From positions 25,007 to 89,006 of the IMG/VR virus record IMGVR_UViG_2904399447_000014: a stretch of DNA of 64,000 bases, one strand, 5' to 3'. Positions 17,900 through 28,800 of the stretch are shown piece by piece. The position numbers were made by a program, and so were the translations under genes. The notes beneath the pieces are model-generated. The model worked only from the letters and a program-made list of their open reading frames with translations. It did not search any database and had not been told where the DNA came from. The DNA comes from a virus (Duplodnaviria > Caudoviricetes). How positions within the stretch are numbered: position 1 is the first letter of the stretch; each line of letters opens with the position of its first letter.

Positions 17900-20800
17900 T
17901 TAAACCCCAACCGCCCACCAAAATGCGATGCGTTCATTTCCATTCATACCAGAGTCAAATCCTCCCGGCCCCACGTTTAGCGCTTCCATGTTTGCGGATG
18001 AGTCCCCCCAATGACCCGCCAATGTTAATTGAACCCCGAAACAGTCCTGTGTAAACCCGCGAGGAAAATTAACGCGGTTTAGATAGTTATCGCCGCGATT
18101 GATAACACCACCCTGATGGATATACCCGGTTAGCTCGTCCTTGTACCACCAGGCATTTCTATTCCCGGAAATATGGCTGCGGCTATTAAATGATCCCCAA
18201 TCGACACGGCCATTGAGATTATTGTTCAGCCAGTTACTTAGGTAGCCACCCCACAGATTGCTCTCAATGTTTCCGTCTGGATGCCAAGTGGTTCCGAAAC
18301 TATTTTTGACACAAGGAAAGTTACCAGACAAATACAATGAACCATCATTGCGAAACTCAGGCCAGCCATCCGAATTACCGCCGCGCACCCGCCACCGCAA
18401 AGCCGTATATTGCCCTACAGTCTCAAGGAAATAAGATTGTGCATATTGGTCACCAGCCCCTTGAAGAATGTAGCCGTTTGTTTGATTAAATTTTACATCA
18501 CCGCTTTGATAACTATTTATTCCCGATTTTCTAACAAAATCTGGATTATTTAAATTCAATTGGGTGCCTAACGATATGGAACCCGTTTCATTATTGACAG
18601 TTAGCGGCCTTAGGTCGTTAAATCCGCCAAATTGGTCATTAGCCTTTGTGAGCAATAAATATAGGTTATCGCCGTCATTACGCCAGAATGTTCCAAACTT
18701 GCCGCCAACCATACGGAAACTGTCCATGCTGGTAGACTGAATTTCAGCGCTAGTTTTTAACAGGCCAGTAAGTTGCCCGCCACTCTTCATCAAATAGCGC
18801 CCATCAGCCTCGGTCTTACTCCATGCATTAACATCACCAGCCAAGAGATTGACATCGCCGCTTAAAGGTTTACCGTTAACTTTGATAGAGCGAAGAGCAT
18901 ATTTTTGAGCGGCTTGTGCGTCCGTTAATGCTCCTGTTTCTTGCGCAGTAGGCGGCTTGGCTGTGGTATAAATACGTGGATTTGAAGCCTGGTTAGCTTC
19001 TGCCCCCCAATGCAACTCATTATCCAGCGCTAAACCAAGGCGCATTAATGATTTATCAGCAACCTGAAAACCAATGGATAGGTTGGACTGTGATGTAGGA
19101 CGGCTTATCACAATAGGTGTGTGTGCTGCTCCTTCCACACGGAGGGCTTCACTTTCCGATGCCGTACCTCCAGGCTTTATCGCCAACGTCTTTACAGTGC
19201 CCCCCGCCAGCAACAAGAATCTAGCGTCAGACTCCTCTTTACTCCATGCTCCAACATCTTCAGCCGCAGGCTTATTACCAGTGTGATAGTACGTGTTTGC
19301 TATAAAGCGAATACTTGCAACAGGCACCTTTTCCTGTATGGCAAAGGAATATGCCCAATTTGATAGATTTACTGATGCGGTAACGGTTGTGACAATGTTT
19401 TTAGTAAAAGCACCTACCAGTGCGTATATTTCATATTTATTTGCAGATACTTCAACCGCTCTAACTTCGGTTATTGCTGGATTCCCGTAATGGTGACTCG
19501 TCACAAGGGCACGATAAGGGTCATTAACTTTTGCCACCGAGTTATTATTTGTTCTAACCATAATTCGCTGGGTTGCGTTATTTCGCTCTGAAGCGTTATA
19601 ACCAGAGCCACCGATGACATCTATGGTTAAAGTTCCACCATATTGAACCAGGTTAGATATCGTCCCAATAAGAACCCATGCAGGGCTAGTCCCAGTATCA
19701 ATTCTTAATTTCGCGATGGCCCCATAGTTGTCTGTTATCTCGGAAGTGTCCAGAGTGCCGATATCTGCTGGCTTAGGTTTGTCCAGTTCGGTATAGATCT
19801 TTGTCCACCCTTTCTCATACCCAAACCCATCACGCGATGAACGATATGCTATACCGCCATTACCATAGTTAAAGCGGAAATCAGCAGCTCGAGTGCTTCC
19901 GGTACCACCTAAATGGAAGTGGAGAACTGACGTCATACCCGTCGCTTGCGTGCTATAGAAACCCGATGGCGCATTCCAAGCAACATCAGTCGCTGTCCCG
20001 GTCATACCTCGCGCAAAGTATCGCGAGTCAGATTCAGCCTTGTTATAGGCATCCACATCCCCGGCTAACAGGTTTACATCTGATGTCAAAGGTTTTCCGT
20101 TAACCTTAATAGACCTCAAAGCGTATTTTTGCGCCGCTTGGGCATCAGTGAGGGCGCCAACATCTGCGGCTGTAGGCTTGCCGGCAGTTGAGTAGTATTG
20201 CGACCAGCCACTAAACGAGCCATTTACATCTGTTGCGGCAAATAGTTTATTCCCATTGCCATGACCTATAAACAAGTAGTGCAAAAAGTTTTGGTTACCT
20301 GAAGTGGCAGTTAAATCAATCAGGTTAGTTGTAACATATAGAGAACCCCAGGCCAGTGGAGTCCATTTACTATTCTCCACACTCCAAATACCTGGGGATG
20401 TTGGTTTTGCATCGCCAGTCAATACTCTCGACACACCTTTTTTTGCTGCAAAGTTACATCTGGCATCCGCTGCTAATACATCATCAGCGCTAGGCTTATT
20501 TCCTGAATGATAGAGATTAACAAACGGTGAATACTTACCCGCATCAGCAGAACGCAACCAAAAATTATTAGTCCCTTTTTCTGATAACAGTTGTAAGCCT
20601 CTATGCTCTGTAGCACTAAAATTAACCAGTGTAGAATATGCTTGGGTCGGGTAACCCTTGATATTTGGATCATCATATTCAAACGTCGAAACGCTAAGGC
20701 CATGCATCCAAAGAGCTGGGGAATCTGATAAGGGCCGCAATGGTTGTGTAGGCAATACTGTTGCCCCATCGATAACCAACCTATCCTTAATTGTATCGCC

Positions 20801-22420
20801 GGCACGTTTTACATAGCGGCCATCTGACTCGGTTTTATTCCATGCATTAACGTCACTTGCTAATAAATTCACATCCGATGAAAGCGGCTTGCCGTTTATT
20901 TTTATAGACCGCAGTGCATATTTTTGTGCAGCCTGTGCATCCGTCAAAGCTCCAACATCTGCTGCCGATGGCTTGTTTAAAGAGGTATAGATTTGCCCCC
21001 ATTTAACACCATTTTCAGGCTTATTCGAAAAACCTATGTAGCCGATTCCCAACCCTGAAATTGCAAGGTAACCGGAGGACGGAGCTGCATCGCATGGAAG
21101 GCTGATTACCCCGGCTGCAATATTTCCCGTTATAGGCGGCTTATTGGCAGAAGAGGAATTTAAACGATAAATCTGTGCGGTATTGCAATATGCATCATCG
21201 AAATGGCGACCACCAACACCCAGGCCAAACGCACCAACAGCCATCAGCTGACCACCAGAAACACCTACGTTTCGAGTGGCGGCATCTCCCAATTCAAGAT
21301 TGCCGCGTGCTTTAGCTTTATCAGTAAGGTCTGCGAGATTACTGGTCTTCGCAAGATATCGCCCATCCGCTTCAGTCTTGTTATAAGCATTCACATCACC
21401 GGCCAGCAAGTTCACATCGCTACTTAATGGCTTGCCGTTAATTTTGATTGAGCGTAATGCATATTTTTGGGCAGCTTGCGCATCAGTAAGCGCCCCAACA
21501 TCCGCAGCAGTCGGCTTGAACGCTTGTGTGTAGACTCGATCCCATTTTTCCGTTGATGTACCGTTATCTTTTCGCATCGAGCGGAGATAGAAATCGGTAT
21601 TTCCTGAGCCTAAAGCGAACTGAACATTCCGATATTCGTTAACCTTGAAGGTTAACAGCGTTCCTAACCCTCCTTGCACAGGATACCCAGGACTTGTAGC
21701 GGAGAGTGACTCAACAGTAAAGCCGTTAGCCCGGTCAATATCTGTATTAGCCTGTGTCGTGATTTTGTCCGAAAACACCAACCGGGTAACCCCCAGCGGG
21801 CCTGTCATATCCCCTCCGGCAAGTGGAACGAACGATTTTCCTGCCTTAACTGTCAACAGTCGGGTTGTGCGGGCATCGTTGATATCATCTGTCGGCTCAT
21901 ATGACACTTTTAATGAGAACCGCTTATCTACATTAATGCTCTCGGCCGGAACGCTGGTGGCATTTGAAGCCAAGTTGATACGGCAAACTTCGACCATACC
22001 ATCGAGGATACTTTTCTCATCATTCACAACGCGCAGGCTGGCAGCCTTAATTTTGGAATTCGCATCAACTTGGTCAGTAACAATACCTTGCCCGTACTTC
22101 GCCTCCAAAATGACGATGTTCAATTTTCCGGCTACCAAAGCTACAGCTTGCTCGGTTAGAAGCTGCACAGTGATCTGGTAACCATTGATATCAACCGATG
22201 CGACACCAGGCTTAGTGCCGTTTGGCTTAACGATCACATTCAGGCCTTTACCAGGTACAACCGAAAATCCCTGGTATACGCCGGCGCCAAAAATTCCATA
22301 GGCCTTGCGATTTAATGCTGATGACGCATAAGGCTCAAGATACTGAACGTCAGCCAACAGGCCACCGGCTTTTTGCGGGGCAACGATCGTGATGCCGCCA
22401 GAAGTTGTTATTGCCGTCAT
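17900..22420 (-). CDS. S: Long tail fibre protein (P1 gpS-like N-terminus), 1506 aa
   Basis: ADVQYLEPYASSALNRK N-terminus; repeated KP.AADVGA junctions; start at ATG 22420 overlapping the R stop (TAATG). Confidence 0.9.
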   Translation of the reverse strand: MTAITTSGGITIVAPQKAGGLLADVQYLEPYASSALNRKAYGIFGAGVYQGFSVVPGKGLNVIVKPNGTKPGVASVDINGYQITVQLLTEQAVALVAGKLNIVILEAKYGQGIVTDQVDANSKIKAASLRVVNDEKSILDGMVEVCRINLASNATSVPAESINVDKRFSLKVSYEPTDDINDARTTRLLTVKAGKSFVPLAGGDMTGPLGVTRLVFSDKITTQANTDIDRANGFTVESLSATSPGYPVQGGLGTLLTFKVNEYRNVQFALGSGNTDFYLRSMRKDNGTSTEKWDRVYTQAFKPTAADVGALTDAQAAQKYALRSIKINGKPLSSDVNLLAGDVNAYNKTEADGRYLAKTSNLADLTDKAKARGNLELGDAATRNVGVSGGQLMAVGAFGLGVGGRHFDDAYCNTAQIYRLNSSSANKPPITGNIAAGVISLPCDAAPSSGYLAISGLGIGYIGFSNKPENGVKWGQIYTSLNKPSAADVGALTDAQAAQKYALRSIKINGKPLSSDVNLLASDVNAWNKTESDGRYVKRAGDTIKDRLVIDGATVLPTQPLRPLSDSPALWMHGLSVSTFEYDDPNIKGYPTQAYSTLVNFSATEHRGLQLLSEKGTNNFWLRSADAGKYSPFVNLYHSGNKPSADDVLAADARCNFAAKKGVSRVLTGDAKPTSPGIWSVENSKWTPLAWGSLYVTTNLIDLTATSGNQNFLHYLFIGHGNGNKLFAATDVNGSFSGWSQYYSTAGKPTAADVGALTDAQAAQKYALRSIKVNGKPLTSDVNLLAGDVDAYNKAESDSRYFARGMTGTATDVAWNAPSGFYSTQATGMTSVLHFHLGGTGSTRAADFRFNYGNGGIAYRSSRDGFGYEKGWTKIYTELDKPKPADIGTLDTSEITDNYGAIAKLRIDTGTSPAWVLIGTISNLVQYGGTLTIDVIGGSGYNASERNNATQRIMVRTNNNSVAKVNDPYRALVTSHHYGNPAITEVRAVEVSANKYEIYALVGAFTKNIVTTVTASVNLSNWAYSFAIQEKVPVASIRFIANTYYHTGNKPAAEDVGAWSKEESDARFLLLAGGTVKTLAIKPGGTASESEALRVEGAAHTPIVISRPTSQSNLSIGFQVADKSLMRLGLALDNELHWGAEANQASNPRIYTTAKPPTAQETGALTDAQAAQKYALRSIKVNGKPLSGDVNLLAGDVNAWSKTEADGRYLMKSGGQLTGLLKTSAEIQSTSMDSFRMVGGKFGTFWRNDGDNLYLLLTKANDQFGGFNDLRPLTVNNETGSISLGTQLNLNNPDFVRKSGINSYQSGDVKFNQTNGYILQGAGDQYAQSYFLETVGQYTALRWRVRGGNSDGWPEFRNDGSLYLSGNFPCVKNSFGTTWHPDGNIESNLWGGYLSNWLNNNLNGRVDWGSFNSRSHISGNRNAWWYKDELTGYIHQGGVINRGDNYLNRVNFPRGFTQDCFGVQLTLAGHWGDSSANMEALNVGPGGFDSGMNGNERIAFWWAVGV
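18793..21517 (-). repeat. Four copies of a ~54-aa repeat in the tail fibre
   Basis: KP.AADVGALTDAQAAQKYALRSIK[IV]NGKPLS.DVNLLA.DV.A[YW].K.E.DGRY at about 21356-21517, 20813-20974, 20018-20179, 18793-18958. Confidence 0.9.
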
Positions 22421-22869
22421 TATCCAGCCCTCTGGTCGATGGTTAACACAGCGGTGAAGGCTTTCCCACGATACAAAGTATCCTGTTGGCAGCAAAGCAC
22501 AGCGAACGCTTTCCCATCCCCGTCAATCAGCATCATTGTATTGAAGTTGTATGGTGTATCCGCAGGAAGCAAGGAGTCCTGCAACGTAGCATTGATGGTG
22601 ATCAATCCTTCTTTTGCTGTACAAACGAGGTTGCACTCAGCAAATTTGTTCTTCAGATCACTTAGCGAATACGTCGATGGTATGTTCGCAATATTCCAGC
22701 CTCCCGCAGGGTTGGCTGTTACCAGCGCCGACGTGCCAAAATATCCCTTCACCATTACGAACCTTGAACCAGCCCCGATCTCAGACTCCGCGCGCCGGTT
22801 GTAGAAATAATCCAGCAGTGCAGCTCGAAACAGCTTCCCGCCGGTCTGAACGGCCTTAATTTCTGCCAT
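22420..22869 (-). CDS. R: Tail fibre attachment protein, P1 gpR-like
   Basis: LLDYFYNRRAES...GSRF...FGTSALVT...YNFNT resemble P1 gpR. Confidence 0.85.
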   Translation of the reverse strand: MAEIKAVQTGGKLFRAALLDYFYNRRAESEIGAGSRFVMVKGYFGTSALVTANPAGGWNIANIPSTYSLSDLKNKFAECNLVCTAKEGLITINATLQDSLLPADTPYNFNTMMLIDGDGKAFAVLCCQQDTLYRGKAFTAVLTIDQRAG

Positions 22870-22904
22870 AGAAGAACGCCTGTGCAGTGGTTGATTAGCA
22901 GGTG

Positions 22905-22923
22905 AGTTTAAGTAAAGTGAGTT
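22905..22923 (-). promoter_or_regulatory. Putative late promoter for R-S-tfa
   Basis: AACTCACTT-TACT-TAAACT. Confidence 0.75.
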
Positions 22924-22981
22924 TTAGAATTGAACATGCTGGCCCAGTGGGGCTGGGCCTGTCAGTGGAGAGTTCAACCGG

Positions 22982-24040
22982 TTAAAAGGTGTCTAGATAA
23001 ATAATAGAGTTTATCTTTCCTACATCGGCGGCTGAAATCGGCAGTATCGCGCGGTCAATTCCATCAGGGAACTCGTACCCTATGATCCCGCCAGATGTAA
23101 ATTCTACATTGCAACCTCGGAAGCCGAGCGTCTGAATACTGGCTATGCCGTCCGCGACAACAAGTCGTGCGTCTGCTCCCTGCGTCGGGCGTATCATTGG
23201 TACAGGCACCACATCAAGCGCCCAGGCATCGAGCCGCATATCGTCCATCTGGACGAGTACAGTCTCGAGGGGTCGGGGAATATTGCTGAGCGTTTGAGTT
23301 ACCTTCAGATTAGTGGATACCGACTCGGCGGAGATCTCTGTTTGGAGTGATTCGATATACCAGGTACCGCTTTGGATCTTTGCGCTAGCGCCGGCGAGAG
23401 TGAATACGATTTTTCGTTCCACCAGCTCAAAGCGCAAATGATATCCCATGCCGTCAAACACAATGTGAAGCGGTATCAATGGCTCAATGACCATTTTGAA
23501 CTGACGCATGAACTCGTCTAGCACTTTGGACGGGTCAGTATCCGAATATACGTCGTAAACGTCGTTCAGCGCTACGCTGATGCGTCCGCGTGAGGTAAGG
23601 AAGAAATCACCATACTTCCCCTTTGCCGTCTCCAGCTCGTCCCTGGTGACGAAATACGAACCATATGGGAACTTAGCCTGGTCTACCGGTGCATAAAGCG
23701 GTGCCCAGGTGGCAGCAAGGTTTTTGAACTCACGCCATAGCGTTGCCTCGATCGGACGGTTTGTCCCCTTGAAATGGATCTCATCCAGGCGCTGGGAAAG
23801 CAATACTGGCAGTGAGGCGCTATTCTTCCCATCGATATAAAAGAATTTCCCCAGCTCCCCCATACGTTTTCGCAAATCATCTTTATCCATTGAATAAAGA
23901 GACTTTCTGTTGGCGGTGCGCTCTATTAATGGCATCACAATGCTATTCAACATAGACTGCACCACATCTGCAAAGCCCGCCCACAAACCTGAGTTTTGCT
24001 TGGCAGACGTCATTTGCTCCTTGAACCAATTATCTTTCAT
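22982..24040 (-). CDS. 16: Baseplate protein, P1 gp16-like
   Basis: QRLDEIHFKGT.RPI, FLTSRG.IS, PLIPLHIVFDG motifs. Confidence 0.85.
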   Translation of the reverse strand: MKDNWFKEQMTSAKQNSGLWAGFADVVQSMLNSIVMPLIERTANRKSLYSMDKDDLRKRMGELGKFFYIDGKNSASLPVLLSQRLDEIHFKGTNRPIEATLWREFKNLAATWAPLYAPVDQAKFPYGSYFVTRDELETAKGKYGDFFLTSRGRISVALNDVYDVYSDTDPSKVLDEFMRQFKMVIEPLIPLHIVFDGMGYHLRFELVERKIVFTLAGASAKIQSGTWYIESLQTEISAESVSTNLKVTQTLSNIPRPLETVLVQMDDMRLDAWALDVVPVPMIRPTQGADARLVVADGIASIQTLGFRGCNVEFTSGGIIGYEFPDGIDRAILPISAADVGKINSIIYLDTF

Positions 24041-24048
24041 CGCCTGCC

Positions 24049-25461
24049 TCAGTATTTAAGGTCAAATATCGACTTTGTTACATCCAAGAAAATAAAATCG
24101 TTTAGCGCGGCGGCATCACTCATATTCTTGATGTCAAGATTAAATTTTGAAAGCAGCCCTGTTGACTCAATTATTGCCCAGATTTCATTGTGAGAAACTC
24201 GTGCGAACTCCCCTGATTCATCACGTTCGAAGTTGCTAGAGTCTTTTCCTGCTTTAGCCTCTAACGCTTCACGAATTTTTCTCTCAGCTTCTGAAATTAT
24301 TTCACTTTTCTTAACCGTACCGGAAACGGAAATTGTAAATGGTCTTTCATTAGTTTTAACGTAAACAAAATTCTTATTTAATTCGTTTGGAATCCCTTTG
24401 AAAGTGTCTAAAACCATCGTTTCCATTTGTGCCTGCGTCAACCCCTTCTTGTGGCCGCAAAAAAATACAGTGTTGATATTCTTTAGAGATTTAACGCCGG
24501 TTGAACGCTCCTGTTCCTTCTCGCCCCAAGCATTGATCCAGCTAATATTAGGGATCTGTGTGCGAAGATAAAATTTATAGTCCGCCCCCCACACTACCTG
24601 GCCGTCATAAGCGGTAAAATATTGCGCTCTGCTTCTCGTTTCCTCTGTCGTTTCATACCCGGCGCCGTTCGTGATTGGTGTCTCAGTCTTGATCTCTATC
24701 TGGCCTGATAATTCCGACGAATCTGCATACGGTGTCAATGCCTGGCCTTGTACCAGTGTTATGTCGCCATCACTCAGCCAAACATCTAAAATCACCTGTT
24801 CACCGCTGGCCGGCATCTTGCCAATAGAACCATCACCAAAGCGAACACCAATCTGTTCCGTTGGCCGATAGAACTTCACGTAATGAAGGCTATTCTTATT
24901 TGAAAGTCGAAACTGAGGGTTTTCTTCCCATCGGCGGGCAACACCATTATCGGTAACGGAAACATCAATATTCACGCATCTTTTTGTCATAGCCTTAGTT
25001 AGTGTGAAAGACAAAAACTCAGTTTCGTTTTCAACATCAAATATCAGCCTTTCCCGCTCAAGCTGTTTTGTTTGAACACCATGTTTTGTTTCGCCAGGCT
25101 TCAATATAACCGGTTCAACAAGCATGTAACGTTTTTGCTCGTCGGATATCAAATCAGTATAGATAGCTAATGATTGTGGTTTCTGAGTTTTATTAATTAC
25201 CGTGGAAGTCCCGTATGATGGGGTTATCTGTCGAGTCACATAGCCTCTATCCTCAGCAGCAGCAAGAATTGATGAACGTTTTGTCGCTGTACTAATAAAA
25301 CCTTCAGTTAATGCCTTCTCGGCGGCAGTCTGACAGGCATACATGAGTTGACTAACCATAATCGCCAGCATTTTCATAAACTGGCTGTTTACAAATCGAC
25401 TCCACCATACATTTTGCTGAATGAGAGCCGTGAACTTATCCAATATATCTTGCGAGGTCAT
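24049..25461 (-). CDS. bplA: Baseplate wedge protein BplA
   Basis: WWSRFVNSQF, ATKRSSILAAAEDRGY, VRFGDG, VWGADY; synteny. Confidence 0.88.
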   Translation of the reverse strand: MTSQDILDKFTALIQQNVWWSRFVNSQFMKMLAIMVSQLMYACQTAAEKALTEGFISTATKRSSILAAAEDRGYVTRQITPSYGTSTVINKTQKPQSLAIYTDLISDEQKRYMLVEPVILKPGETKHGVQTKQLERERLIFDVENETEFLSFTLTKAMTKRCVNIDVSVTDNGVARRWEENPQFRLSNKNSLHYVKFYRPTEQIGVRFGDGSIGKMPASGEQVILDVWLSDGDITLVQGQALTPYADSSELSGQIEIKTETPITNGAGYETTEETRSRAQYFTAYDGQVVWGADYKFYLRTQIPNISWINAWGEKEQERSTGVKSLKNINTVFFCGHKKGLTQAQMETMVLDTFKGIPNELNKNFVYVKTNERPFTISVSGTVKKSEIISEAERKIREALEAKAGKDSSNFERDESGEFARVSHNEIWAIIESTGLLSKFNLDIKNMSDAAALNDFIFLDVTKSIFDLKY

Positions 25462-25465
25462 TACG

Positions 25466-25813
25466 TTACTCCTTTTTCATTGCCCAGGTAAGTTCCTGGT
25501 TAGGTATCCCAATAGTCAGGACAAACACATCAATCTCAGCTGGTTCTATCCTGATCCCCTCCAACTTCAGATCAGCTATATCGCTCATCATTTTGATGAT
25601 GATCTCATTTTCAATGGCTACCAGCGTGTGCACGCTGTCCAGAGGCTCATGTTTAAAGCGTGCCAGGGGATTTCCGTACTCTGGAAGGCCATAAACACTG
25701 CCCTCCGGTGTGTGTAACCAGTCCTCTATACGCGCTTCCATTGCCTCTACATCACCCAATTTGATGGTCACGCCTTCCCCGGTAACGCGCAGGAGGCTAT
25801 CTATCTCGTTCAT
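25466..25813 (-). CDS. pmgA: PmgA baseplate protein (T4 gp25-like)
   Basis: WLHTPEGSVYGLPEYGN motif; between sit and bplA. Confidence 0.8.
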   Translation of the reverse strand: MNEIDSLLRVTGEGVTIKLGDVEAMEARIEDWLHTPEGSVYGLPEYGNPLARFKHEPLDSVHTLVAIENEIIIKMMSDIADLKLEGIRIEPAEIDVFVLTIGIPNQELTWAMKKE

Positions 25814-25843
25814 TTGAATACCTATGCTGGGAGCAAGGAGGAT

Positions 25844-25862
25844 AATTTAGGCGAAGTGAGTT
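25844..25862 (-). promoter_or_regulatory. Putative late promoter for pmgA-bplA-16
   Basis: AACTCACTT-CGCC-TAAATT. Confidence 0.75.
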
Positions 25863-25893
25863 AATGAGTGCGGCAGGGATGCCGCACTCATCG

Positions 25894-28800
25894 TTAGCCG
25901 AAGAGTTTTTCGAGGGCGCGATCTGATATCGCAGTTGGCACCTCAGTTCGCGGCGCAGGTTGCGGGCTGTGAGTAGTCATGTTGATATTTGCGTCTTTTG
26001 GCTCAGGCTTCACATTGAGTTGTTTCTCAACGGCTTTGGCAATACGTTCAAGCCAAGACAGAGTTTCATCATCGCTGCTGCGGGATTCATTATCTCTTTG
26101 ATAGACTGGCGCCACGCCGCTGGCCGCCAGGTTTGGGATCGGTGGCGGCGGAGACGTTTGAAATGCCGAAACAGCCTGTTGAGTAAGGCTGTTGGATTTT
26201 CCTCCGATAGCGTTAGCAACTGTATCGCTCAGGAATGAAAACGGCGTATCGGCCATCAGGCCAGATATGACTGATGAAACACCTCCGCCAACAGTATCAC
26301 CGGCCGTCACTGCGAATGAGGATAGTGGGTTATCAATATCAACCCCAATCGACTGGAGGGCACTACGTGCAGCATCTTCCATCACCCCTTTCCCCGACTC
26401 CATAGCTACGCTGCCAATACCTGAAGCCATATCTTTTGTCTCATCCCACCAGCTGGTATCCCCATTAGCAGCGTTATCCTGCTGTGACGGACTCGAGCCA
26501 GGTAGAACTTTGCGGGCTTTTTTTACTTCGCTGGCGGGTACAATCTGCATCGGTTGCTCTTGAGCGCCATTAACGGGGGGAGGCATAATTGCGCCAGATT
26601 CAGCACCTTGTTCGACTCCACTCCCGATCCTGCTGGTGGCCCTCCGCTGGAGTGCGGCAATAGCATCCGGTGAATTTGATGCCTGTTGTAAGGCACCCGG
26701 TAACTTGTCGTTTATCGGCACTGTTAGGCCACGATCTGGCGCGGGTACAGTCAGGCCTTCTACATCAAACATTCCAGTCAATGCAGCGTCGCTTTTACCT
26801 CCAAGTTCGCCCAAATACGTCGCGGCAGTGTCATATGCTTCGGTGGCTGCCTCGGTGACGCGCGCGCCCATAGATTGCTTTTCCGGACGAGAGAATTGCG
26901 CGCTGCTGGAAATGGCTTCAAGGCCATCAGCCTGGCGCTGCTGATTAATGATTGACAGCGTTTCTGGGTTAAATTGACCAACCCACTTTTTACCGGAACG
27001 TTCGCCAATTGCTGTTTTTATAAATTGATCAGAAACCTGCGGCGCCCCACCTTCGATAGTAGCTATCTGCCGCATTACTTTTGTCATGACGTCCGCATTG
27101 CGCAGATCAAGCCGATCGCTCTCCCTCACGCCCAAGGACTTCGACAGCTGAGCAATATAGCCCTCGGTATCATTCTCGCCACTTGGGGCATATTTAGAGA
27201 TAATCCCCCTTACGGTGTCTACTTTTTGATATCCAATTGCTTTTGATGTTCCTTCTGCATAACTGCTAAGCTGATTCGCTAGCGCACGAAATCCCTCTTC
27301 AGGAGAGTCAAATTTAGCAAAACGACGTTCACCTTTTGCATTGGCTTTCTCTAACTCAGCACCGGCTTGGCCCGCATACTCCAGGTTGCCAAAGTTGTTA
27401 TTCCTAAACGCCCTGGTATGCGCATTAGCGCCACCTATATTTAATTCATTCGAAACATTATTAAACGCCGGAGCTGATCCATCAGTTGCAGATATGCCAG
27501 ATGCGAGTGATGGGTCGGCCATGCCAGGCATTACGGACTGAAGAGAACTATCCAGGTCTTTAATTGCTTCTGTAGTTTGTTTCGCACCTGCGCGTATTGC
27601 GTCGACCTGGCTATCGCTACCCGAGTCAAAAAACTCTTTTACACTGCTGACGCCATTGTCTAAGGACTGTGCAATATCACTGGTACTAAATGTTAGGCCA
27701 TCCGCCACACCATCCATACCGAGCCAGCGAGCGCCGTCAGCCATGAAGCCGGCACCACCGGACACCAATCCACCCATGTCGATTATATTGGCGGCAGCAT
27801 ATTCGCTTTTATGACGGCCGGAAACATCCTGACCTTCAGCCAATTTAAACGCCCCTCTCTGTGCTTCACTATCACTGAAGCCATCGATCGCATCGATGCC
27901 GGCGCCTATAATCGTCCCTACAATTGGAATCGCCTTCAGAGCACCTTTTGCAGCCAGCTTGCCAGCGGCTTTTTCCGCAACCTTTTCACCTACAGCTTTT
28001 TCTGCTGCATGTTCTGCCGTAGTGACAGAAGCTTTCTCTACCCCCTTTTTACTCGCGTTCTTCCCAGTAGACGCCGTAATGGTTTCTGCGTTCGTTGCTG
28101 GTGGTTTAGCTGAAACTCTATTGCGAGCCATTTTCCGGCCGCGCTTAGACTTGGAGCGAGATTTACGCGATTTTTGCTGTGCTTTGACGTCCTCTGGTTG
28201 TTTTGGTACCTCAACGCCCTTCTTTCCTGCTGGATTTTCGATATTGGCGCCAACAGCCTCAGTAACTTCGCTACTACTGCCAAATACCCCCTTAATAGCT
28301 CCATATGCACCAACAGCTACAGCTCCTGCACCAGCGGCCACTTTCGTCAGCCTGCCTCCTTTCCCCTTTGGCGATCCGGCGGATGGAATATGCTTCCCAT
28401 GCATACCACCAGTAGTAACCGGCCCACGCCCAGGGCGCGGCATGATATCGTTGATATCACCTGCACCAGCCAAGCGTTTAAATAGTTTTACGAGTACCCC
28501 GCCGCCCAACGCTAACGATAGCCCCCCCAGAATTCGAGATCCCAAGGCCTTTCCGATAGCCTTCCCGCCCAGGCCCGCTAAAATCCCGCCAAGGATACCG
28601 CGCCCACCTTTGCTACCCTTGGAGTCCTTGTCTCTGATTTCACCCAGAACGCGGATAATCTCTTCATCGGATTTTGCTAACTGTTCCTGCTGCGATTCCA
28701 TAACGGAGATCACTTTACCGGTGGTGCTCGCACTGTAGGCTTGTTGCGATTTAGTCGGTGCACTGACATCCGGGAATTTTATCGGCGCCTGGGTTGTAGC

